A DNA stretch of 64,000 bases from a bacterium. Its GTDB lineage: Bacteria > Patescibacteriota > Dojkabacteria > SC72. The stretch covers positions 7,260-71,259 of the forward strand of contig JAIORF010000102.1 in NCBI GenBank assembly GCA_021108295.1, written 5' to 3'. Numbering within the stretch: position 1 is the stretch's first letter; each line of letters opens with the position of its first letter. Positions 35,681 through 45,656 of this stretch are shown piece after piece. The translations under genes were made by a program, and so were the position numbers. The notes under the pieces are model-generated. The model was not told the origin of the DNA and ran no database searches. It saw only the letters and a program-made list of their open reading frames with translations.

Positions 35681-37686
35681 GTAAAAACCTAGAGTTTGAT
35701 AAAAAGTTATCTAAAAAGAGCTCCAAGAAGCCAAGAGTATCTAGGATTGATATACCCAAAATGAGTGGGAAGGAGCAATTAGCTAAGATCTGGCATAGTG
35801 CGGGTGAACAAGATATCTCTGCTTGGAATTTCCTCTACGTTTTTGTGTTCTTTGCATTCCTTTTTTCTGTTCTGTTCGTATCTCTTGTAAATTTACAGAT
35901 TGTACAAGGAGAAGAGATGGCAAAAAGGTCGGAATACAACAGTATTAGGATAACGACAGTACCTTCTTACAGAGGTGTGATATTTGATAAGAATGGGGAG
36001 AAGCTTGTTGAGAATGTCCCTGCCATAAGTGCATACATTAATATAGATGTTTTCCTTAATCAGAGATTGGAGATTGATGAGGAAAAATTGCACAATGTAT
36101 CCGATATTTTAGAAGAGATTCTGGGGGATAAATGGTTGATGGTATTGGAGGAAGACGAACACTACGCCTCAATCTATGAGAAAATCTATACAATATATTC
36201 TTCAGACCCATACTTATCCAATATCTTGTTAGCAAGGGATATTGGTAACGATATGTCTATCAATATTAAGTCCAGAGGAGAGGAGTTGCCGGGTGTAATA
36301 TTGGAAGATGAGAGTAAAAGGAATTACATACATTCTCAGTACTTCTCTCATATCTTAGGGTATGTGGGAGAGGCTTCTACTAGTGATATTGGAAATAACG
36401 AATATATTTCCCAAAATGATACAGTAGGGAAGTTAGGTATAGAACAGTACTACAATGAACTTCTTGCTGGTACGAATGGGAAGCGAGCTACAGAGGTAAA
36501 TGCTCTAGGTCATTCGATAACGGGTTCATCATACACAATAGAGCAGGAACTCTCTGGGGAGAGTCTGTACTTAACCTTAGATATTGATGTACAGGAGCAG
36601 CTCTACAAGATACTAACTACCTCTGTAGCGAAAAGTGGAGCTAAGGGTGCATCCATTGTTGTTGAAGATGTAAATAATGGAGAGATATTGAGTATGGTCT
36701 CTTACCCTGGTTACGATACAAACAAATTTATCGGAGGAATATCTCAAAAGGATTACCAAGCTTTGTTGGAGGATAAAAGGGTCCCTTTGCTTAATCGCTC
36801 TGTAGCAGCACAAGTACCACCAGGATCGACCTTTAAGACTCTTGTAGCAGCAGGTGCGCTTGATGCCAAAGCTATCACTACATCTACAATATATGTTAGT
36901 AGACAGGGATATACCTTTAGTAGTGGAGCACCATTCCAAGAGTATGCAAATCATTCATACGGATCGCTCAACATTGTTCAAGCCATTGCAAAATCTTCCA
37001 ATATTTTCTTCTGCGAAACCATTCGTAATTGGGATATGGACGAACTTGTTCCTTACCTTAGCGCTTTCGGTATTGGTGAATATACGGGAATCGATATACC
37101 TGGAGAGATGCCAGGGAGATTACCATCTCCTGAGAACAAAATATATCTTGCAGAACATGGTAGTCCATGGTTGGACGCTATTTGGTATCCAGAAGGGGAC
37201 TCCTGTAACTCTGTCATAGGGCAGGGCATTACCCTAGTCACACCAATCCAGATGGTAAATTGGATGGCTGCAATTGCCAATGGGGGGACTTTGTATAGGC
37301 CACATATTGCCCAAAAGAGTATAGATGAAGATGGGAATATAACGGAGATAGTGTACGAACCTCTAGGGACGGATATTGTATCGAAAGAGGCACTAGATGT
37401 GGTCAAGGAGGGTATGTGGTCAACAGTACATAGCAATATGGGTAGTTCTGGCACACTGAGGAGTCTTGGGCAAGAAGTAGCTATTAAAACGGGTACTGCA
37501 GAGTTTGGAGCACTCAATGCGAAGGGGGAATATGAACATACCCATGCTTGGATAGCAGGTTTCTACCCATATGACGACCCTAAGTATTCCTTTGTCATAT
37601 TCCTTGAAGATGGAGGTTTGAGTTTTGATTCTCTACCATACATTAAGGAAGTGCTACATTGGTTAATTGAAAGCGAGTACTACTAG
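35677..37686 (+). CDS. mrdA: Penicillin-binding protein 2 (elongasome transpeptidase)
   Basis: PBP dimerisation region followed by the transpeptidase motifs STFK (PPGSTFKTL), SSN (AKSSNIFF) and KTG (IKTGTAEF). Confidence 0.85.
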   Translation: MSKNLEFDKKLSKKSSKKPRVSRIDIPKMSGKEQLAKIWHSAGEQDISAWNFLYVFVFFAFLFSVLFVSLVNLQIVQGEEMAKRSEYNSIRITTVPSYRGVIFDKNGEKLVENVPAISAYINIDVFLNQRLEIDEEKLHNVSDILEEILGDKWLMVLEEDEHYASIYEKIYTIYSSDPYLSNILLARDIGNDMSINIKSRGEELPGVILEDESKRNYIHSQYFSHILGYVGEASTSDIGNNEYISQNDTVGKLGIEQYYNELLAGTNGKRATEVNALGHSITGSSYTIEQELSGESLYLTLDIDVQEQLYKILTTSVAKSGAKGASIVVEDVNNGEILSMVSYPGYDTNKFIGGISQKDYQALLEDKRVPLLNRSVAAQVPPGSTFKTLVAAGALDAKAITTSTIYVSRQGYTFSSGAPFQEYANHSYGSLNIVQAIAKSSNIFFCETIRNWDMDELVPYLSAFGIGEYTGIDIPGEMPGRLPSPENKIYLAEHGSPWLDAIWYPEGDSCNSVIGQGITLVTPIQMVNWMAAIANGGTLYRPHIAQKSIDEDGNITEIVYEPLGTDIVSKEALDVVKEGMWSTVHSNMGSSGTLRSLGQEVAIKTGTAEFGALNAKGEYEHTHAWIAGFYPYDDPKYSFVIFLEDGGLSFDSLPYIKEVLHWLIESEYY

Positions 37687-37717
37687 TTCATCTTTTGTTC
37701 ATTTCTGTTTGTTAAAC
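37686..37717 (+). promoter_or_regulatory. GTTCATC-N4-GTTCAT-N6-TTGTTAAAC motif ending 6 nt before the dprA ATG (copy 2 of 3)
   Basis: Repeats at 37686 and 37697 (11 bp apart). TTGTTAAAC at 37709-37717. ATG at 37724. Confidence 0.5.
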
Positions 37718-37723
37718 TTAACT

Positions 37724-38557
37724 ATGGAGTTTAATAAGTTTGAAGTGGCATACATGTTACAAAACGAGAGGGTGGGGAGGAAATATATACTAAACTATAT
37801 CCTCTCGCATAAGATGTTTAATATAGATTGTAATGTACTAAAAGACTACAAGAAATCAATAGAAGATTTAGGAATATCCATAATTTCTTGTACTGAACCT
37901 GAATACCCTCATCTACTAAAGGAAATATACGACTACCCATTGATACTTTTCTGTAAGGGAGATAGAAGCCTACTTAATAGGCATATAATCACTATGGTTG
38001 GTACTAGAGAAATGAGTGAATATGGCAAATGGTGTGTGAAATACATACTAGAGAGTATGAGAGAGGAAAACGTTGTAGTAGTGAGTGGTCTAGCCAATGG
38101 AATTGATGCTCAAGTTCATAAAACATGTCTAGATTTAAATATCCCTACAATTGCAGTAGTAGCGGGAGGACTAGATCGGGGATATCCCAAGAGTAACGAG
38201 CAACTATATCAAGAAATTTGTAAAAAAGGACTAGTAATTTCTGAATTTCCACACGGTAGAACAATCGTGAAGGGTATGTTCCCAATGAGAAATAGAATAC
38301 TAGCAGGAATGGCTCTAGCTAGCGTAATAGTAGAGTCTGGAGAGCAGGGAGGCTCATTAATAACTGCAAGACTATCTATAGAGTACGGAAGAGAGACCTT
38401 CTGTATACCTTGTAATATAAACAAATTTGCGTTACAGGGTTGTAACATGCTTTTAGAGAGGGGAGCTGTACCTCTTTTTAGCCCCAAACAGGTGGTTGAA
38501 TTTCTTAGAGAAAGAATAAAAGATTGGTACTGTCCGTATGTCCGAATACGCCAATAG
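37724..38557 (+). CDS. dprA: DNA-processing protein DprA (Smf)
   Basis: GLANGIDAQVHKTCLDL...AVVAGGLDRGYPKSNEQLY...GMFPMRNRILAGMALASVIVESGEQGGSLITAR. The start is moved to Met-20 (MEFNKFEV), matching the motif-to-ATG spacing seen at comEA and radC. Confidence 0.8.
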   Translation: MEFNKFEVAYMLQNERVGRKYILNYILSHKMFNIDCNVLKDYKKSIEDLGISIISCTEPEYPHLLKEIYDYPLILFCKGDRSLLNRHIITMVGTREMSEYGKWCVKYILESMREENVVVVSGLANGIDAQVHKTCLDLNIPTIAVVAGGLDRGYPKSNEQLYQEICKKGLVISEFPHGRTIVKGMFPMRNRILAGMALASVIVESGEQGGSLITARLSIEYGRETFCIPCNINKFALQGCNMLLERGAVPLFSPKQVVEFLRERIKDWYCPYVRIRQ

Positions 38558-38667
38558 GAGGACGCTCCTGCATCTTGTGGGGAATATTTGAACAGATTAG
38601 AGGGGGTGTATAACTGTTGTATAGATTTGACAGGAATAGCAGAGTGTATTCTTGACAATTATATTTT

Positions 38668-40824
38668 TTGAAGGTATTTTTATTGAAGACTATGGCAAAA
38701 ACTAAAAAAACAAAAACAACTTACAAGAACTTACTACTTGTTGAGTCTCCTGCGAAAGCGAAGACTATTAACAAATACTTAGGATCAGATTTTAAAGTAT
38801 TGGCTACTGTAGGACACATCATAGATTTACCAAAGAGTAGTCTAGCAGTTGATGTGGAGAACAACTACGAACCACAATATGAGACAATATATGGAAAAGG
38901 GAAGATAATACAGGAGCTTAAAAGAGCTGTACCTAAAGGTGGTAATGTATATCTTGCAATGGATTTGGATAGGGAAGGAGAAGCAATTGCTTGGCATGTT
39001 AAGAATGCTCTTAAACTCAAAAATCCTAAGAGGGTTACATTCAACGAAATTACAAAAGATGCTGTAAACAAAGCAGTAGCTGATGCAGGGAAGATAGATG
39101 ATAATCTTGTAGAGGCTCAGAAGGCTAGGAGAATACTAGATAGATTGGTAGGATATAAACTCTCGGAGATCATATGGAAAAAGGTCTGGTATGGACTTTC
39201 TGCAGGTAGGGTACAGTCTGTAGCGCTAAGATTGATTGTAGAGAAAGAAGAAGAAAGGGAAGCTTTCAAATCGGAAGAATTCTGGGACTTTGGTGTCGTA
39301 GTAAAGGATAGCGATGGGAATGATCTAACTGCGAAGTTAAAGACCAAAGATGGTAAGAAATATGTACCTGTAGATTCAAAAGAGGTCAAAGATCTGGAGA
39401 AACTACTAGGAAAATCCAATTACACAGTAGTAGATGTAGTAGAGAGAGAGAGAAAGAAAAGGCCATATCCACCTCTTACGACCTCTAAACTTCAACAGTC
39501 TGGACATATTGCATTTGGTTTTACATCTAAGAGAACGATGGGTATAGCGCAGGCATTGTATCAGGCAGGACATATTACATATATGAGAACTGATTCTACC
39601 AACCTTAGTATGAAGGCAATTAAAGAGATTAGGAAGTTGGTTGGTGAGAAATATGGTAAGGAATATCTTCCAGAGAAGCCAATGTTCTACAAGACCAAGA
39701 GTAAAGGAGCACAGGAGGCTCACGAGGCGATTAGACCAACGAATTTTTCAATGACAAAGGAAGATGTAGCTAAGAAATTTGGTAATGCAGAAGCCAAACT
39801 CTATGATCTAATATGGAGAAGGGCAGTGAGTAGTCAGGTAGCTCCTAAGAGGGCTAAGGTTTTGACAGTAAAGATACAGGCTAAGGATGTAGCAGATCCT
39901 AAGTATATCTTCTCACTTGGTGGTGAGATGACACTGTTTGATGGTTTTAGAAGAATATTGGGCGGTGGTAAGGCACAGGAGGATTTGAGTGAGATTACTA
40001 AGATTGTTAAGGGTGATGAGCTTAAGAAGGTTAAGTTTGAAACAGAGCAGAAATTTACACAGCCTCCTGCAAGGTTTAATGAGGCGAGTTTAGTAAAGAT
40101 GTTGGAGAAATTGGGTATTGGTAGGCCTTCTACATATGCATCTATCATTTCCACCATACAGGCGAGGGGGTATGTAGAGAGGGAGGGTAAGACACTGTTT
40201 CCTACTGATGTTGGTAGGGTTGTTACGAACTTTCTAAGAGGTAGTTTTAAGAGATTGGTTGATTATGAGTATACAGCTAAGGTAGAGGATGAATTGGATG
40301 ATATTGCAGAGGGTAAGATAGATTATGTCCCTTTCATAGATTCACAGTACAAGCCTTTGATGAAGGAGATAAAGGTGGCGGATAAAGAGGTGGATAAGAA
40401 GGATGTAGTCATTTTGGGTAAGGCTAAGGGTGAGAAGTGTCCAGAGTGTAAGGGGAGTATGGTAGTAAGGGTGGGTAGGTATGGTAAGTTTTTGAGTTGT
40501 GCTAAGTTCCCAGAGTGTAAGGGTATGAAGGATCTTTCTGGTGGAGAAGAGGCTTTGGATTTCAAGAAGTATTTTAAGCCTAAGGAGTGTCCTAAGTGTA
40601 AGGCTAAGATGGTACTTAAGAATGGTAAGTATGGTAAGTTTTGGGCTTGTGAGAAGTATCCAGAGTGTAAGACCACTATGCCGATGCTTTTGGTAGAGAA
40701 GTGTCCAGAGTGTAAGGAGCATTTGGTAGAGAGAAGGAGTAAGTGGGGTAAGATATTTATAGGTTGTAGTGGATATCCTAAGTGTAAGTATATTAAGAAG
40801 GCTAAGAAGAAAGAGAAAAAGTAG
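38668..40824 (+). CDS. topA: DNA topoisomerase I with four C-terminal zinc ribbons
   Basis: Toprim start LLLVESPAKAKTINKYLG, an active-site Tyr region, and repeated CPECK/CPKCK zinc-ribbon modules at the C-terminus. Confidence 0.9.
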   Translation: MKVFLLKTMAKTKKTKTTYKNLLLVESPAKAKTINKYLGSDFKVLATVGHIIDLPKSSLAVDVENNYEPQYETIYGKGKIIQELKRAVPKGGNVYLAMDLDREGEAIAWHVKNALKLKNPKRVTFNEITKDAVNKAVADAGKIDDNLVEAQKARRILDRLVGYKLSEIIWKKVWYGLSAGRVQSVALRLIVEKEEEREAFKSEEFWDFGVVVKDSDGNDLTAKLKTKDGKKYVPVDSKEVKDLEKLLGKSNYTVVDVVERERKKRPYPPLTTSKLQQSGHIAFGFTSKRTMGIAQALYQAGHITYMRTDSTNLSMKAIKEIRKLVGEKYGKEYLPEKPMFYKTKSKGAQEAHEAIRPTNFSMTKEDVAKKFGNAEAKLYDLIWRRAVSSQVAPKRAKVLTVKIQAKDVADPKYIFSLGGEMTLFDGFRRILGGGKAQEDLSEITKIVKGDELKKVKFETEQKFTQPPARFNEASLVKMLEKLGIGRPSTYASIISTIQARGYVEREGKTLFPTDVGRVVTNFLRGSFKRLVDYEYTAKVEDELDDIAEGKIDYVPFIDSQYKPLMKEIKVADKEVDKKDVVILGKAKGEKCPECKGSMVVRVGRYGKFLSCAKFPECKGMKDLSGGEEALDFKKYFKPKECPKCKAKMVLKNGKYGKFWACEKYPECKTTMPMLLVEKCPECKEHLVERRSKWGKIFIGCSGYPKCKYIKKAKKKEKK

Positions 40825-40856
40825 TTCATCTTTTGTTCATTTCCCTTTGTTAAAAT
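40824..40856 (+). promoter_or_regulatory. GTTCATC-N4-GTTCAT-N6-TTGTTAAAAT motif ending 5 nt before the radC ATG (copy 3 of 3)
   Basis: Repeats at 40824 and 40835. TTGTTAAAAT at 40847-40856. ATG at 40862. Confidence 0.5.
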
Positions 40857-40861
40857 AGAGT

Positions 40862-41497
40862 ATGTTACCAAGAGAAAAATTCCTTAAAGGTGGTGTAGAC
40901 TATCTATCTGATACCGATTTAATATCTATCCTTGTAGGAAGTGGTATTAAAGGTAAAAACTTTAGAACCATATCCCTAGGAATACTCAAAAAGATTAAGA
41001 AGAACATCAAAGAAGGTCTAGATACAACAATATCTGACCTTACCACTATCGATGGAGTAGGGAGTGTAACCGCTATGCGCATACTCTCTGGTATTGAGTT
41101 AGGAAGAAGAATATATGGCTTGTATATGGGACAAACCACTGTAGTTAAAAACTCTAACCAAGCATATGAACTACTCAAAAGTATGTCTAAATTTAAACAA
41201 GAACACATTGTAGCACTCTACCTTAACTCTAGATTTGAACTACTCGAACAGAGGACGGTAAGGATAGGGGGAGTAGATAGTGCAGGACTACTACCAAGAG
41301 ATGTAATAGGGTATGCATTGGAAAAGAATGCATCTTTTGTAGTACTAGCACACAATCATCCATCTGGAGACTGTACACCAAGTAAAGAAGATATATTGCT
41401 TACACAAAGGTTGAAAGAAGCGATGGACATTGTAGGTATTAATCTCCTAGAACACATTGTAATTGCTAAAGATGGGTGGAGGAGTGTGGAGATTTGA
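40862..41497 (+). CDS. radC: RadC-like JAB/MPN domain protein (UPF0758)
   Basis: The N-terminal HhH-like region is followed by the JAMM motif HNHPSGDCTPSKEDILLTQRL. Confidence 0.8.
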   Translation: MLPREKFLKGGVDYLSDTDLISILVGSGIKGKNFRTISLGILKKIKKNIKEGLDTTISDLTTIDGVGSVTAMRILSGIELGRRIYGLYMGQTTVVKNSNQAYELLKSMSKFKQEHIVALYLNSRFELLEQRTVRIGGVDSAGLLPRDVIGYALEKNASFVVLAHNHPSGDCTPSKEDILLTQRLKEAMDIVGINLLEHIVIAKDGWRSVEI

Positions 41498-41811
41498 ATG
41501 TGGTATAATTCAACATATGATAATATTCCACTCAAAACATAACGACAAAGTATACGATATCAAACTTGAGATTAACGCATACATAGACATTAATAAAAAA
41601 GACAAGCAAAAAATAAACAAAGTTGTTCACATACTAAATACACTAGGATGTGAAGAAGAAGAAGAGGTACAATACTACAGCCTTGTATCCGAGCAAGAAG
41701 ATGAAGAACTTCTTTTAGATGTACAATACCGCAAACCAGAAAAAGTTGAAGAAAAGGAGATACAAAGATAAAAGATAGATTCGAAAGATTAGGACTAGAT
41801 CACAAAACCCC

Positions 41812-41841
41812 TTGATATCTACTATACCATTCGTGTATAAT
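41812..41841 (+). promoter_or_regulatory. Probable rpsB promoter
   Basis: TTGATA-18-TATAAT about 100 nt upstream of the rpsB ATG. Confidence 0.4.
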
Positions 41842-41940
41842 TAGCCTGTTAATTAATATATCTCACATATCTCTTGATATATTTCCTTGTAGTAATTTAC
41901 TACCTAAAGAGATAGGTGTCTAAAGGAAAGGATAAACAAT

Positions 41941-43077
41941 ATGAAAGACAAAAAGTCTACAGTCTCAACCAATACCAAGACTAAAAACAAAGGTGTTAAA
42001 ATACCTGAACTAATGAAATTTCTTAAGGCAGGTGCTCATTTCGGTCACAAGACAAGTGCTTGGAACCCTAAAATGAAAAAATATATCTACCAACAAAGAA
42101 ACGGAGTACACATCATTGACCTAATTAAGTCTAAACCAATGCTAGAGAAAGCACTCAATGCAATTGAAGATGCTTCTAACAAAGGATATGTCCTCTTTGT
42201 AGGAACTAAAGGACAAGCAGCTACAATTGTACAAAATAAAGCAGATGAAGTGGGAGCATTCTACATTGTCAAACGATGGCCAGGAGGACTCTTCACAAAC
42301 TTTGGAATTCTTAAAAAAGGTGTCTTCAATTTGCTAAAGATGGAAGAATCTAGAGCAAGTGGAGGAAAAGGTCTCGTTAAAAAAGAGGTCCTCATGATGG
42401 AAAGAAAAGTACAGAGAATGAACAAAATCTACGAAGGTATTAAATTTATGGACAAATTACCAGCACTAGTAATTGTGGTTGACAGTAAAGTTGAGAAGAA
42501 TGCGATAAGGGAAGCTGGAATTGCAGGAATACCAACAGTTGCTCTAGTAGATACCAACTGTGATCCTGACATTGTAGACTACCCAATCCCAGCAAACGAT
42601 GATTCTCTTAAGAGTATTACTCTGTATGTAGAACTCTTCGGTCAAGCAATTAAGAATGGAAGTAAATCTCAAGCCCTAATTGCATTAAGAAAGAACCACA
42701 AAGCTAACCTTAAGAACCTTAATGATAGATATATTGCAGAAAAGGAAAGAGTAGCTAGAATGGAAGAAGAGGAGAGGGTAAGAATGAAGATTCTACGAGA
42801 TGGGAAAACCTTTAGTAAACAAAGTACTGGTGTAGTCAGAGTTGTTAAGAAAAAGAAGAATATAGAAGAAGATATAAAGGCGGCAGAAGCAGTAAAAGCA
42901 AAAACAGACTCAAAGAATATTGAAGAACTAGGCCTTGGAGGAAGAATAGAGAAAGCTCTCATTGCCGAAGGTATTACTACCTTAGAGGGTATTGTTGGAA
43001 AGAGTAAGAAGGATCTTATAGAGATAAAAGGTATTGGTGAAAAAGCAGCAGAAAGTATTCTTAAAGCTATTAAATAA
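41941..43077 (+). CDS. rpsB: Ribosomal protein S2 with ~130-aa C-terminal extension containing a helix-hairpin-helix
   Basis: S2 core (LLKAGAHFGHKTSAWNPKMKKYIYQQRNGVHIIDL) is followed by a Lys/Glu-rich linker and ELGLGGRIEKALIAEGITTLEGIV...IKGIGEKAAESILKAI. Confidence 0.85.
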   Translation: MKDKKSTVSTNTKTKNKGVKIPELMKFLKAGAHFGHKTSAWNPKMKKYIYQQRNGVHIIDLIKSKPMLEKALNAIEDASNKGYVLFVGTKGQAATIVQNKADEVGAFYIVKRWPGGLFTNFGILKKGVFNLLKMEESRASGGKGLVKKEVLMMERKVQRMNKIYEGIKFMDKLPALVIVVDSKVEKNAIREAGIAGIPTVALVDTNCDPDIVDYPIPANDDSLKSITLYVELFGQAIKNGSKSQALIALRKNHKANLKNLNDRYIAEKERVARMEEEERVRMKILRDGKTFSKQSTGVVRVVKKKKNIEEDIKAAEAVKAKTDSKNIEELGLGGRIEKALIAEGITTLEGIVGKSKKDLIEIKGIGEKAAESILKAIK

Positions 43078-43098
43078 CTTTAATATTTTATTAAAACC

Positions 43099-43809
43099 AT
43101 GTCAGTATCAATTGACGATATTAAAAAATTAAGGGCAAAAACATCTGCAGGTATGGGACTCTGTAAAGAAGCACTAAGTAAGTCAGATGGGGATATGAAG
43201 AAAGCCATTGAGTATATAAATAAGAGAAGTGATGTCATCGGCAGACTACACAATCTCACCGGAGCTAAGATTGGTCTTTGTAAATTAGCACTAGAAGAAA
43301 CAGGTAAAGATTTCGAAAAGAGTGTAGAACTAATTAAAGAAAGAGGTTGGGATGAACCAATTGAACCAGACTGTGAAATAGGTAATGGTGTAATAGAGAC
43401 ATACTTACATGGTGTTGATCAAAGACTGGTATCTCTAGTAGAGGTAGGATGTAAGACAGACTTTGTAGCAAAGAATGATGAATTTAAATCTTTTGTACAC
43501 GAATTAGCCTTACAGGTAGCAGCAATGAAGCCTAAATTTGTGTCCAAAGACTCTATTCCAAAAGAAAAGATTGCAGAACTAACAGATATGTTTACAAAGG
43601 AAGCTCAAGCTGAAGGAAAACCTAAGAATATGTCACCTAAGATTGTAGAAGGTAAAATGAATAAATATCTTAGTGAGAATTGTTTACTTGAACAAAAGTG
43701 GTTCAAGGATGAATCTAAGACTATGAGGAATCTTCTAGATGAGTCCATTACTAAAATGGGAGAGCCTTTAGAAGTAAGAAGAATCCTTGTTTGGGAGTTT
43801 GGGAAATAA
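43099..43809 (+). CDS. tsf: Elongation factor Ts (short form, duplicated UBA-like N-terminus)
   Basis: IKKLRAKTSAGMGLCKEAL is the UBA-like motif, repeated as LTGAKIGLCKLALEE. The dimerisation core follows. Confidence 0.8.
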   Translation: MSVSIDDIKKLRAKTSAGMGLCKEALSKSDGDMKKAIEYINKRSDVIGRLHNLTGAKIGLCKLALEETGKDFEKSVELIKERGWDEPIEPDCEIGNGVIETYLHGVDQRLVSLVEVGCKTDFVAKNDEFKSFVHELALQVAAMKPKFVSKDSIPKEKIAELTDMFTKEAQAEGKPKNMSPKIVEGKMNKYLSENCLLEQKWFKDESKTMRNLLDESITKMGEPLEVRRILVWEFGK

Positions 43810-43832
43810 ATGGTTTTAGGTTTAAAGTGAAG

Positions 43833-43859
43833 GGGAGATTTTATCTCCCTTTTGTTTTC
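43833..43859 (+). terminator. Intrinsic terminator after tsf
   Basis: GGGAGATtttATCTCCC followed by TTTTGTTTTCT. Confidence 0.6.
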
Positions 43860-43905
43860 TACTGTTTTTTTGTAAAATCTAATATAACTTTAGTTACATA
43901 TAGAT

Positions 43906-44451
43906 ATGGACACAGACAAATTTCAGATAGACTTAGATAAATGTATAGAAGCTTTTAAAGAAGACCTTGCACAAATTAGAACAGGAAGAGCTACACCTGA
44001 GTTGGTGGAAGATATACTAGTAGATGTATACGAGACACTCTTGCCAATAAAGAACTATGCCTCTATAAATGCCTCTGATACTAGATCTCTCCTCATCTCA
44101 CCATGGGATAAAAGTATTCTAGACAATATCTCCAAAGCCATATCAAGTGCTAATATGGGATTCTCTCCAGTCACCGAAGGAGATTGTATTAGAGTAACAA
44201 TCCCTGAACTAACAGAAGAACGAAGAAAAGACTATGTGAAGATTATGAAAGATAGATCAGAAGATGCTAGGATATCAGTAAGAGGTGTAAGACAGAAATA
44301 TATGAAAGAGCTAGATACTATGCAAACAGGAGGCTTCTCGGAGGAAGAAGCAGATAGGATAAGGGTTGGTTTTGAGAAATTGGTAAAGGAATACAATGAG
44401 AAGATAGAAGAAATAAAGAATGCCAAAGAAAAAGATCTAATGACAATCTAA
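43906..44451 (+). CDS. frr: Ribosome recycling factor
   Basis: RRF length with the pattern (LAQIRTGRATPELVEDILVDVY...RISVRGVRQKYMKELD). Confidence 0.85.
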   Translation: MDTDKFQIDLDKCIEAFKEDLAQIRTGRATPELVEDILVDVYETLLPIKNYASINASDTRSLLISPWDKSILDNISKAISSANMGFSPVTEGDCIRVTIPELTEERRKDYVKIMKDRSEDARISVRGVRQKYMKELDTMQTGGFSEEEADRIRVGFEKLVKEYNEKIEEIKNAKEKDLMTI

Positions 44452-44476
44452 AAGCTTAAATTAATCACTACTCGAC

Positions 44477-45622
44477 ATGGATATAATAATAACAATTCTC
44501 TTACTTATTCTTGTTCTTGGTGTTCTTGTCTTCATACACGAACTTGGTCACTTCCTAGCTGCTAGGATTGTAGGAGCAACAGTATATGAGTTTGCACTAG
44601 GATATGGCCCCAAACTCATATCAAAGAAATATAAAGGAACGCTTTACAGTATTAGATTGTTACCACTAGGTGGTTTTGTAAAAATATTGGGAGATGGAGA
44701 CCCTGGGAAGAAAGGGGAGGAGGAGCTTAGAGAAAAAGACATAGAGGGGGATTTAAAGAATAAGAGTAAACCAGCCCAGATATTTGTAATGTTAGCTGGG
44801 GTATCTATGAATATCCTCTTGGCTATTGTCGCATACTTTGTAGTTTTAGGTTTTAGTAATTGGAAGATAGACCTTTCCTATGAGTTTGAAGACTTCAAAC
44901 CACTAGGAGCGACTATTGTAAGGGAGAGAGATATGGATGTCCCATATCAAGTATTGGAGGACAGTTTGGCAGAATCTTCTGGTATGCCAAAGGAGGGATA
45001 TATCAAAAGTATTAACAATGAATATGTGGAATATGTAGAAGATATCTCTAGACTAATAGAAGGCAATGAGACTGTATTAGTTGAAACATGTGATATGGAA
45101 GAGATATGCAATGAGTATATTGTGAGTGTGGGAGATGATGGGAAAATTGGTATAGCTATTGGTTCTAACTATTACATCTCTGTAGACTACTCTGAGCACA
45201 AAGCTCTAAGTGGGGTTTCTCATTTAATAAATAATGTAAGACTAATCGGCAGAGTATTTGGAGGTTTATTTGAGGAAGCAAGAGAGACTGGGGATTACAG
45301 TTCTCTCTCAGGTTCTGTAGCTGGTCCAGTAGGCATGTTTTTCTTAATTGATTACTTTAAGGACTTGGGTTGGGTACCCTTTATTGCTTTAGTTGCAGAC
45401 CTCTCTCTTTCCTTAGCCTTTATGAATCTACTCCCTATTCCTGCACTAGATGGGGGGAGGGTATTTATACTTGTGGTAGAAGGAGTGTTGAGAAAGGACT
45501 TAGACCCTAAAGTAGAGGCTATTATCATCAATCTTAGCTTCATACTGCTCATGGTATTTATTGTAATTGTAATGATTAAGGATATAGCCAATATTAATGA
45601 GTTGAAAAGTCTGTTTGAATAG
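44477..45622 (+). CDS. rseP: RseP-type site-2 protease (M50A) with PDZ domain
   Basis: HELGHFLAA (HExxH) in TM1, a central PDZ-like region, and C-terminal LPIPALDGGRVF (LDG motif). Confidence 0.85.
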   Translation: MDIIITILLLILVLGVLVFIHELGHFLAARIVGATVYEFALGYGPKLISKKYKGTLYSIRLLPLGGFVKILGDGDPGKKGEEELREKDIEGDLKNKSKPAQIFVMLAGVSMNILLAIVAYFVVLGFSNWKIDLSYEFEDFKPLGATIVRERDMDVPYQVLEDSLAESSGMPKEGYIKSINNEYVEYVEDISRLIEGNETVLVETCDMEEICNEYIVSVGDDGKIGIAIGSNYYISVDYSEHKALSGVSHLINNVRLIGRVFGGLFEEARETGDYSSLSGSVAGPVGMFFLIDYFKDLGWVPFIALVADLSLSLAFMNLLPIPALDGGRVFILVVEGVLRKDLDPKVEAIIINLSFILLMVFIVIVMIKDIANINELKSLFE

Positions 45623-45656
45623 TATAGATTATTAATAGTAATATTAGCTCTGCCAA

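Noticed and set aside
37667-37723. Upstream start for dprA at 37667 (MKASTTSSSFVHFCLLNLT...).
   Set aside because: That start would overlap the mrdA stop by 20 nt and run through the conserved GTTCAT motif. The internal ATG at 37724 gives the same motif-to-ATG spacing as comEA and radC, and DprA homology begins there.
41463-41771. A 102-aa ORF overlapping the radC 3' end with a Glu-rich tail.
   Set aside because: It has no RBS and no motif, and its start lies inside radC. It may encode a short peptide from an internal Met, but the evidence is insufficient to call a gene.
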